In this document: in pieces, positions 44,715 to 64,000 of the stretch
Layout: each line of letters starts with the position of its first letter
Numbering within the stretch: the first letter of the stretch is position 1
The notes under the pieces: generated by a model
Database searches by the model: none
Told to the model about the DNA's origin: nothing
The model's input: only the letters and a program-made list of their open reading frames with translations
Assembly (NCBI RefSeq): GCF_009914755.1
Contig: NC_060943.1
Strand: one strand, 5' to 3'
DNA from: the human T2T-CHM13v2.0 reference genome, Homo sapiens
DNA length: 64,000 nt
Program-made: the position numbers and the translations under genes

Positions 44715-45065
44715 GTCCTCGTAAGTAGGGCAGAGGTCACGGCAGAGTGGAGGTACCCCAGACTTCGACCTTTGCTCACTGAGGGCTGGAAAACCACAAA
44801 ACACCCAGATAACGGTCTTCCCTCCCCTGCTCCTGCCTGCCCCAGTGTCACTGGCCCTCAACCCTGTCTCTCCACCCTGTCCACCAATCAGCACCTGGAG
44901 GTGGGCTGGGAGCTGCCTGTGACCGCTTCAGCATCTTTTGGGAGTGGTGACAGAGCCACAGAGGGCTGTGAGCTTGCCCAGCCCCAGGTAACGCTGGCGG
45001 TGGGTGGGCCTCCAGCTTGGAGCAGAGACCCCCCGAGGCATCTGCAGACAGAACTGGATGGACCC
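44715..45065 (+). promoter_or_regulatory. CREB3L3: CREB3L3 proximal promoter/5' UTR with PPRE-type DR1 (44723-44739), second DR1-like site (44766-44778, minus) and CCAAT (~44884)
   Basis: AAGT-AGGGCA-G-AGGTCA; TGAGCA-A-AGGTCG on the minus strand; CCAATCA. Unique sequence directly upstream of exon 1 and CpG-poor, as expected for a tissue-specific promoter. Confidence 0.7.
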
Positions 45066-45069
45066 ATGA
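45058..45069 (+). other. Upstream ORF (M-D-P-stop) overlapping the CREB3L3 start codon
   Basis: ATG GAC CCA TGA; the TGA (45067-45069) overlaps the main ATG (45066-45068). Confidence 0.6.
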
Positions 45070-45092
45070 ATACGGATTTAGCTGCTGGAAAG
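45066..45092 (+). CDS. CREB3L3: CREB3L3 (CREB-H) coding exon 1 (MNTDLAAGK)
   Basis: ATG...AAG|GTGAGC, 27 nt. Joins exon 2 in frame and makes the total CDS 1386 nt. Confidence 0.9.
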
Positions 45093-45320
45093 GTGAGCCC
45101 TACTAGGTCCCCAGGGAGAGCGGGAGTCTAGGCTGGGAAAGCCTACCCAAGCTGCCAGAGCTGGAAGGACCCCATCCCCACCCCTATTGTACAGATGGGA
45201 AGACTGAGGCCCAGAGAAAGGATGCAATGAGCAAAACTGTGTGCCTTTGCCCCGGGGCTGCCCTTGTCTTTCTTCCAGGTCCCCCTGCCTCCTAGGAGCG
45301 GGCACTTGGGGAGGCTGTGA

Positions 45321-46127
<807 letters not shown>

Positions 46128-46189
46128 TAGCCGGAAAGAGCCAGGGTTATGTGCACATGGGAGGTGGGGAGGACAGGGGCTGTATGTGA

Positions 46190-46417
<228 letters not shown>

Positions 46418-46634
46418 TAGACCCGCCAGAGCCCAGCCAGAGCTCTGCTCAGCTCTACGATGCACTAATGGGTCACGGTGCTTGATTTTAGCCAAGCACA
46501 TCATTTAGCGGGTAGCATCAGCTCCTTCTTACAGGTGGGGAATGGAGGCCCAGAGCAGGGTGGAAACTCATCCAAAGTCACACAGCAATTTGGAGTTAGG
46601 TTCAAACTCAAACTTGGGGCATCTCCCTGGCTAG

Positions 46635-47676
<1,042 letters not shown>

Positions 47677-48251
47677 TAGTAGAGACGGGGTTTCTCCCTG
47701 TTGGTCAGGCTGGTCTCAAACTCCCGACCTCAGGTGATCTGCCCGCCTTGGCCTCCCAAAGTGCTGGGATTACAGGCCTGAGCCACCGTGCCTGGCTCTT
47801 TTGTTTTTCTTTTTTTCTTTTTTTTTTTTTTTTGAGATGGAGTCTTGCTCTGTTGCCTAGGGTGGAGTGCGGTGGCGTGATCTCGGCTCACTGCAGCCTC
47901 CGTCTTACGGGTTCAGAATCTCCTTCCTCAGACTCCCGAGTAGCTGGGACTACAGATGCCCGCCACCACGCCCAGCTACTTTTTGTATTTTTAGAAGAAA
48001 TGGGGTTTCATCATGTTGGCCAGGCGGATCTCGAACTCCTGACCTCAAGTGATTCGCCCTCCTCGGCCTCCCAAAGTGCTGGGATTACAGGCAGGAGCCA
48101 CTGCACCTGGCACTGGCTGGGATTTTTATGCTATGTTACTGCGTTTGAGCCTCAACAGCCCCGGGAGGAAGAAGCAGTAACTCATCTTGGAGAAGGGAAG
48201 GACACCTAAGGCCCAAAGAGGGTCACTGGTTTCCCTGGGGCCACACACTAA

Positions 48252-48662
<411 letters not shown>

Positions 48663-48870
48663 TAAGTGAGGAAATGGAGGCCCAGAGAGGGCTGGCATCT
48701 TGTCCAAGGTCACACAGCAATTTGGAGCTGGGCCCAGACTCAAACTCAGGACACGTGTCTCCCTTGGCTAGGTGTTTCCATGCTTTCACGTGGATGCTAT
48801 TGGGAGCCCATTTTCCAGATCGTGAAACAGTCCTGTCAGGTTGAGCAATGAGCTAAAACCACAGAGCTAG

Positions 48871-49308
<438 letters not shown>

Positions 49309-49701
49309 TAAAAGTGCATGAGGTTACCAGGTCCTAGGTTCCAGGGTGCTCCTCCTAGACGTGGGGAACAGCAGATCAGTAATGATTTACTCTATTGATT
49401 AAGCATTCCCGGCGGGCCAGGCAGAGCCCTGGCTGGAGATACTTGGCCTCTGGGTGGCCTTTGTCCCTTGACCCTTGCTATGAGCTCTTCTTGGTCCCAT
49501 TGGAGAGTTGACAAAACTGAGGCTCAGGCCCGGAGCGGTGACTCATGCCTGTAATCCCAGCACTTTGGGAGGCTGAGGCAGGCGGATCACTTGAGGTTAG
49601 GACTTCAAGACCAGCCTGGCCAACATGGTGAAACCCCATCTCTACTAAAAATACAAAATTAGCCGGGCATGGTGGGGGCCACCTGTAGTCCCAGCTACTC
49701 A

Positions 49702-50161
<460 letters not shown>

Positions 50162-50937
50162 TCAAGGTCACACAGCCCTGCCCAACCAGGATTAGAACCA
50201 AGGGTTACCTGACCCAAAGTTTGTGTGCTGGGACAGCATGCCTACTGCATGCCGGCTACCAGGAGGGGACAACCAGAGGTGAATCAGACCTCGTCCCTGC
50301 CCCTTGGGTGAGATAACGCCTGGCTGGCTGCAAATCTAGCCTGTAATTCTGTGTGATAACAGCCACTCCCTTTTGAATCAGCCGGTGTCTCCTGACAATG
50401 TCCTGTGTCTTCCTCAGCCTTGTGGGACGGACAGAACCAAGCCCTGTTGAATTTGGGTCCCCATCTTTTTTTTTTTTTTGAGATGGAGTCTCGCTGTGTC
50501 ACCCAGGCTGGAGGGCAGTGCCACATTCTCAGCTCACTGTAACGTCCACCACCCGGGTTCAAGTGATTCTCCTGCCTCAGCCTCCCGAGCAGCTGGGATT
50601 ACAGGTGCACGCCACCAGGCCCGGCTAATTTTTGTATTTTTAATAGAGATGGGATTTCACCATGTTGGCCAGGCTGGTCTTGAACTCCTAACCTCAGATG
50701 ATCCGCCTGCCTTGGCCTCCCAAAGTGCTGGGAATACAGGCGTGAGCCACCATGACTGGCTGGGTTCCCATCTTATAGCAGAGGGGAGACCGAGTCACTA
50801 GTGAGGGCTGCCCCCTTCAACTCAGGCCTTGGGGACTCCAAACTCTGGCAGAAGTCATATGAATGTTGGGATTAATCATGGGAGACTTGGTGGAGGAGGC
50901 GGTTAGAGGCTGGAAGCTCAGGACTCCCCCCGTCTGA

Positions 50938-51222
<285 letters not shown>

Positions 51223-51287
51223 TAGAGACCATTCCAGTCCTGGGCTCACTGTCGCCTGGGCTGGGGTGTCTTCCTCTGTAGTACTTA

Positions 51288-51437
<150 letters not shown>

Positions 51438-51440
51438 CTA

Positions 51441-52478
<1,038 letters not shown>

Positions 52479-54142
52479 TAGCCAGGATGGTCTCGATCTC
52501 CTGACCTCGTGATCTGCCCACCTCGGCCTCCCAAAGTGCTGGGATTACAGGCGTGAGCCACCGTGCCCCGTTTAGACCCAGCTGATTTTTCTTTTAATTT
52601 TTTTCTGTAGATATGGGTCTTGCTATGTTTCCCAGGCTGGTCTTGAACTCGTAGCCTCAAGTGATCCTCCTGCTTTGTCCTCTCACAGTGCTGGATTATA
52701 GGCATGAGCTACTGCGCCCCGCCTGGGGCTTTTATTATCTTAATTTTACATAGGAGAAAAAGGGCACAGAGAGGTTCAGTCATTTGCCCAATGCTACACA
52801 GCTGATGCAGGCTTGATCCCTGGGATGGTCTATTGAGCTTATGGTGCCCATTGCACACCAATTGAAGGCCATCTACCCTGCCAAGGGCTTCACGCTCCCA
52901 TAAGCCAGGTTTGACAACCCAAACCCATTTTGCAGATGAGAAGGTAGGTCAAGGCCCAGAGAGGTTAAGCCATGAGCCCTAAGTCACACAGCATGCAAGT
53001 GGCAGACTCAGGGTTTTGAAATCCTGTTTCTCCAATGCCAAAGGTTATCCTGATAATCTCTAGTGAAGGCCAGGGTGCCCCTGGCAACTAGAGGGATATG
53101 CAGTGAGCACCAGCTGTGTGCTCAGCCTCTAGGATCTGATGGTCAGGATGGGGCGATGTACTGTTCATTAAGGTGTACAGAAAAGAAAGAGAGCCTGCAG
53201 GGTCACTGCAGATCCAGGAAGGCTTCCCGGAGGAGGCAGTACTTCAGCAGGCCATGAAGGAAGGGAAAGGAGAATGAACGACTGCTTTGGCAATGATAAC
53301 TGGCTTATTTTGTTTTATTTTATTTGTTTATTTTTTGAGACAGAGTCATGGTCCGTCGTCCAGGCTAAGTGCAGTGCCACAGTCTCGGCTCACTGTAGCC
53401 TCCACCTCCTGGGCTCAAGTGATTCTCATACCTCAGCCCCCAGGTAGCTAGGACTACAGGTGCCTGCCACCATGCCCGACTAATTTTTGTATTTTTAGTA
53501 GAGACGGGGTTTCACCATGTTGGTCAGGCTGGTCTCGATCTCCTGACATCAGGTGATCCACCCGCCTCAGCCTCCCAAAGTGCTGGGATTACAGGCATGA
53601 GCCACTGTGCCTGGCCTTATTTTATTTTATTTAAAGTCAAGGTTTCCCTCTGTCACCACAACTGCCTCAAATTCCTAAGCTCAAGTGATCCTCCTGCCTC
53701 GACCTCCCATTTTTTTTGTATAGCTGACATACAGAACAACGATACAAAAAAAAATGATGCATTTATAAATGCTAGTTATCAGCAGTTGAAGACCAGCCTG
53801 GGCAACATAGCAAGACCTCGTCTCTACAAAAAAAAAAAAAAAAAATTAGCTGAGTGTGGTGGCGCACACCTGTAGTCCCAGCTACTCAGGAGGCAGAGGC
53901 AGGAGGATCACTTGAGCTCAGGAGGTCAAGGCTGCAGTTAGCTATGATCACACGACTGCACTCCAGCCTGGGTGACACAGTGACATCTTGCATCTTAAAA
54001 GAAGAAAAGATGGGTGTGGTGGCTCATGCCTGTAATCCCAGGAATTTGGGAGGCTGAAGTGGACAGATTGCTTGAGCCCAGGAGTTTGAGACCAGCCTGG
54101 GCAACAGAGTGAAACCCCATCTCTACAAAAAATTCAAAATTA

Positions 54143-54280
<138 letters not shown>

Positions 54281-55506
54281 CTATTTCAAAAATAATAATA
54301 GTAATAATACAATGAAAAGAAGAAAGCTGTCAAAAGGGCCGGGCGCGGTGGCTCACGCCTGTGATCCCAGCACTTTGGGAGGCCGAGGCGGGCAGATCAC
54401 GAGGTCAGGAGATCGAGACCTTCCTGGCTAACACGGTGAAACCCCGTCTCTACTAAAAATAACAAAAAATTAGCCGGGCGTGGTGGCGGGCACCTGTAGT
54501 CCCAGCTACTCAGGAGGCTGAGGCAGGAGAATGGCGTGAACCCGGGAAGCAGAGCTTGCAGTGAGCCGAGATCGCGCCACTGCACTCCAGCCTGGGCGAC
54601 AGAGCGAGACTCGTCTAAGAAAGAAAGAAAGAAGAAAGAAAAGAAAGAAAGAAAGAAAGAAAGAAGGAAGGAAGGAAGGAAGGAAAGAAAGAAAGAACCC
54701 TGTCCATATGCCATTTTGCGCGTGTGTGAGGATATCTGTAGGACTGATTTCTGAAGGTAGAATGACCCGGTCAAAGGACCGTGTGTTGGTTATTTCGAGC
54801 CCTGCTGCCAAGGGAGATTCTGTGGTGGCAGGAGTGATAGTTTTTGTTGTTGCTGTTTTGAGACAGAATTTCTGTCGCCCAGGCTGGATCTCAGATCACT
54901 GCAACCCCTGCCTCCCGGGTTCAAGCGGTTCTTCTGCCTCAGCCTCCCGAGTAGCTGGGATTGCAGGCACGTGCCACCACACCAGGCTGATTTTTGTATT
55001 TTTAATGGAGACAGGGTTTCACCATGTTGGCCAGGCTAGTCTCGAACTCCTGACCTCAAGTGATCCACCTGCCTCGGCCTCCCAAAGTGCTGGGACTACA
55101 GACGTGAGCCACCTTTTCTTTTTTTTTTTTTTTGAGACAGAGTCTTACTCTGTCTCTCAGGCTGGAGTGCAGTGGTGTGATCTGGGCTCACTGGAACCTC
55201 TGCTTCCCGGGTTCAAGCAGTTCTCCTGCCTCAGCCTCCTGAGTAGCTGGGATTACAGGCGCCGCCACCATGGTCGGGTAATTTTTTTTTTTTTTTTTTT
55301 TTGAGACGGAGTCTCATACTGTCACTAGGGCTGGAGTGCAGTGGCACAATCTCGGCTCACTGCAACCTCTGACTTCTGGGTTCAAGCGATTCTCCTGCCT
55401 CAGCCTCGCAAGTAGCTGGTATTACAGGCACCCGCCACTACGCCCAGCTAACTTTTTGTATTTTTAGTAGAGACGGGGTTTCACCATGTTGACCAGGATG
55501 GTCTCA

Positions 55507-55596
<90 letters not shown>

Positions 55597-55813
55597 TTAG
55601 TAGAGACGAGGTTTCATCATGTTACCCAGGCTGGTCTCGATCTCCTGAGCTCAAGTGATCCACATGCCTCAGCCTCTCTAAGTGCTGGGATGACAGGCGT
55701 GAGCCACCACACCCAGCCTGGGGTGATAGTGTTTTCGATCTGATACCTCTTTCATTTCCTGAAGGCAGTTGGCGTCCCTGCACCCGCCGTCATTCCTCTG
55801 ATTTTTTCCGTAG

Positions 55814-56256
<443 letters not shown>

Positions 56257-56425
56257 TGATCCTCCTGCCTCGGTCTCCCAAAGTGCTGGGATTCCAGGCG
56301 TGAGCCACCGCACTGGCTATGTGTCTCACCTTTAGAACACCCGTACTAGAATGCTATGCTGTGTCTGTCACCAGAGCCAAAACAATCAGTCAGAAGCCCC
56401 ATTGTAAATTCAACTCAGAGGGTAA

Positions 56426-56883
<458 letters not shown>

Positions 56884-57505
56884 TGACTTGAGGCTGGGCA
56901 CGGTGGCTCACACCTGTAATCCCAGCACTGTGGGAGGCTGAGGCAGAGGATCACTTGAGGTCAGGAGTTCGAGACTAGCCTGGCCAACATGGTGAAACCC
57001 CGTCTCTACTAAAATTACAAAAATTAGCTGTGCCTGGTGGTGGGCAACTGTAAGGTGCTTCTCAGCCTCCCAGCTTCTCAGGAGGCTGAGGCAGGAGGAT
57101 CTCCCTTGAACCCGGGAGGTGGAGGTTGCAGTGAGCCGAGATGGTACCACTGCACTCCAGCCTGGGTGACAAGAGCGAAACTCTGTCAAAACAAAAACAA
57201 AAACAAAAAAACTAAAAACATAAACAAAACAAAATCCAAAAAACCAACTCAATTACTTGAATGTCCTCTGTTTCATATTCTCAAACCTCCATATGCACCA
57301 GTCAATGGCTGGGTAGCTGTTTGGGTTCTCTAGCTAACCACAGTCCCCACCCAGCCTGCTGCACTCAGTATCAATGCCTGAGTTTGATATTCTCATCTGT
57401 TTTTTTTTTTTTTCTATTGAGACAGGTTCTGACTCTGTTGCCCAGGCTGGAGTGGAGTGAGGTGATCTTGGCTCACTCCAACTTCCCCCTCTGGAGTACA
57501 AGTGA

Positions 57506-57694
<189 letters not shown>

Positions 57695-58276
57695 TAGCTG
57701 GGATTACAGGCACGCGCCACCACGCCTGGCTAATTTTTTTTTTTTTTTTTTTTTGAGTAGAGACAGAGTTTCACCATGTTGGCCAGGATGGTCTCGATCT
57801 CTTGACCTTGTGATCTGCCCAGCTCAGCCTCCCAAAGTGTTGGGATTACAGGTGTGAGCCACTGCGCCCAGCATTTTTTTTTTTCCTTAGAGACAGGGTC
57901 TTGCTATGTTGCCCAGGCTGGTCTCAAACTCCTGGCCTCAAGCAGTCCTCTGACCTTGGCCTCCCAAAGTGTTAAGATTACAGGTGTGAGCCACCGTGCC
58001 TGGCCCCATCTGTTTCTATTGTTGTTGTTGTTTGTTTTGAGATAGGATCTCACTTTGTCGCTCAGGCTGGAGTGCAGTGGTACAATCTGCAGGTAGCAGC
58101 TAACTGCAACCTTGAACTCCTGGTCTCAAGGGATCCTCCTGCCTCAGCCTCCCAAGTAGCTGGGACTATAGGCATGCACCACCACACCCAGCTGATTTTG
58201 TGGTTGTTGTTTTGTTTTAGTAGAGACAGGGTCTTTACTAAATGTTGCCCAGTCTAGTCTTGAACTCCTGGACTTA

Positions 58277-58915
<639 letters not shown>

Positions 58916-59254
58916 TTAGTCTTAAAACACTTGCTGTCGCCAGGGAAAGGTGATGTTTCCAGGGATGGCCACAAGGTGGTGGAGTGGTACCCATGCCCAA
59001 AGTCTGGTGGGCAGTTGCCCATTTTACAGTATTGGGAGCTGGGAAAAGACCCTCAGAACCCAGGCACCTCCCAGAGACTCTGTGAGGGTTTGGGCAAAGG
59101 GTAGCTTCAAGTCATTAGGAATCTGCCTCTGGGTCCTTGGCTCCGGGATGTCTTGTATGCAAAGAGGATGGGGTGAAGTTGTGGGGTCGAGGTTAGGTGA
59201 AGTGGGGTCAGGACAGTGGGGACTGTCGCACCATCCCCAAAGTGAAGACTTTAA

Positions 59255-59627
<373 letters not shown>

Positions 59628-59630
59628 TGA

Positions 59631-59855
<225 letters not shown>

Positions 59856-59943
59856 TGACAAAATTGGAGGTGATTCTCCTCTCTGGGAGAGATCATGCTT
59901 CTTACTGATTGCAGGGATGGAAAGATGCCTAGTGATGGTGTAG

Positions 59944-60375
<432 letters not shown>

Positions 60376-60579
60376 TGATCATCTTTATCCAGGGTCATTC
60401 CCCCCACCACCCTATGTCCTGGGTAATTGTATCCCATTTTACAGACACAAAAGCTGAGATCAGAGAGTGGAGTGGCCCAAGGTCATGGGGAGAGGGAGAG
60501 ATGAAACTTGAATCTCGGCCGGGCGCCGTGGCTCACACTTGTAATCCCAGCACTTTGGGAGGCTGAGGCAGGCGGATCA

Positions 60580-60864
<285 letters not shown>

Positions 60865-60917
60865 TCACTGCCTGAATCTAGGAGGCTCAGCTTTTTTTTT
60901 TTTTTTTTTTTTTTTGA

Positions 60918-61320
<403 letters not shown>

Positions 61321-61420
61321 TGAATGACTTCCCCTCTCTGGCCTTGGGTTCTCTTGGCTTGTAACGTGAGGCCTCTGGGGGAGATGTCAGTGGGGCCAGC
61401 TGGTGACTGGCATATGCTGA

Positions 61421-61516
<96 letters not shown>

Positions 61517-61755
61517 TGAGTCTGGGTCCAGCTGGGGCAGAGGACAGGGGAAGCAGCCCCAGAGTCCCTTTGCAGGAAGAGCAGAGAGCCCATGTGATGG
61601 CAGAATGACATAGGGAATAAGAGTTTTACCTATGGGCCGCGTGCAGTGGCTCACGCCTGTAATCTCAGCACTTTGGGAGGCCGAGGCAGGTGGATCACCT
61701 GAGGTCAGGAGTTCAAAACCAGCCTGGCCAACATGGTGAAACCCCGTCTCTACTA

Positions 61756-61950
<195 letters not shown>

Positions 61951-61997
61951 TCACGCCTGTAATCCCAGCACTTTGGGAGGCTGAGGTGGGCGGATCA

Positions 61998-62587
<590 letters not shown>

Positions 62588-62668
62588 TGATCCAGTCTGG
62601 TCTTTGGGGCCTCAGTTTCCCTGCCTGTGGGATGGAGATGCTTGCAGGGGAGGGGAGGGAGGGGGTGA

Positions 62669-63276
<608 letters not shown>

Positions 63277-63530
63277 GCCCCGCCAGGACTATGCTCCCAG
63301 GCCCCTCTGCCCAGGGGTGCCTTGGGGATGCTGCACTGGGCAGCTACCCACCTGGGGATGGGACGTGAGGCCAAGACCCCAGCAGAGATGCCAGAATGGG
63401 GGAGGCACAGCTCATAGCCACACACCCAGGGCCTGACTGAGGCCCACGCAGGAACCGACACTCAGACACAAGGCAAAGAGGGCCACAGGACCCGGGAAAT
63501 ACACACAGAGCCAGGAGCAGAAGCAAAGAG

Positions 63531-64000
63531 CAGACACACATACAGCCTGAAACAGACCTGGACAGACAGACACAGCCTGAAACAGACCCGGACAGACAGA
63601 CACAGCCTGAAACAGACCCAGACAAACAGACAGACAGACACAGCCTGAAACAGACCCAGACAGACAGACAGACAGCCTGAAACAGACCCAGACACAGCCT
63701 GAAACAGATCCGGACAGACAGACAGAAACAGCCTGAAACAGACCCAGACAGACAGACAGACACAGCCTGAAACAGACCCGGACAGACAGACAGACACAGC
63801 CTGAAACAGACCCGGACAGACAGACAGACACAGCCTGAAACAGACCCGGACAGACAGACAGACACAGCCTGAAACAGACCTAGACAGACAGACACAGATT
63901 GAAACAGACCCAGACAAACAGACAGACACAGCCTGAAACAGACCCAGACACAGCCTGAAACAGACCCGGACAGACAGACAGACACAGCCTGAAACAGACC
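63531..64000. repeat. CREB3L3 3' UTR tandem repeat CAGCCTGAAACAGACCC(A/G)GA(CAGA)nCA, ~15 units, truncated by window end
   Basis: A recurrent CCTGAAACAGA anchor with a variable number of CAGA tetramers. Confidence 0.93.

Noticed and set aside
44884-44905. Possible ERSE in the CREB3L3 promoter
   Set aside because: CCAAT is present but not followed by CCACG at N9 spacing.
63344-63985. Cys/Val/Ser-rich minus-strand ORFs
   Set aside because: Antisense translations of the 3' UTR tandem repeat.

Overview
This is a human (primate) GC-rich, extremely Alu-dense window, recognised from the encoded proteins as the MAP2K2-CREB3L3 locus (chr19p13.3). The minus strand carries MAP2K2 (MEK2) coding exons 1-3 with a CpG-island promoter near 15.2-15.7 kb; the gene continues beyond position 1. 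After ~29 kb of repeat-rich intergenic DNA, the plus strand carries all 10 coding exons of CREB3L3 (CREB-H). They sum to 1386 nt (461 aa + stop), all introns are GT-AG, and the 3' UTR runs off the right end inside a tandem repeat. Nearly all other ORFs in the track are Alu or low-complexity artefacts. I found no new protein-coding system. The most interesting candidates are regulatory or structural: (1) a 3-codon uORF whose stop overlaps the CREB3L3 start, plus a 4-codon uORF in MAP2K2; (2) a ~52-nt double-hairpin, oligo(A)-tailed retroposed mini-element; (3) a 30-bp G-quadruplex VNTR in MAP2K2 intron 1; (4) a CAGA-box/DRACH-saturated 3' UTR VNTR in CREB3L3; (5) a PPRE overlapping an Alu target-site duplication; (6) NMD-escaping alternative frames of CREB3L3. 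Repeat family names come from recalled consensus sequences, and their boundaries are approximate.
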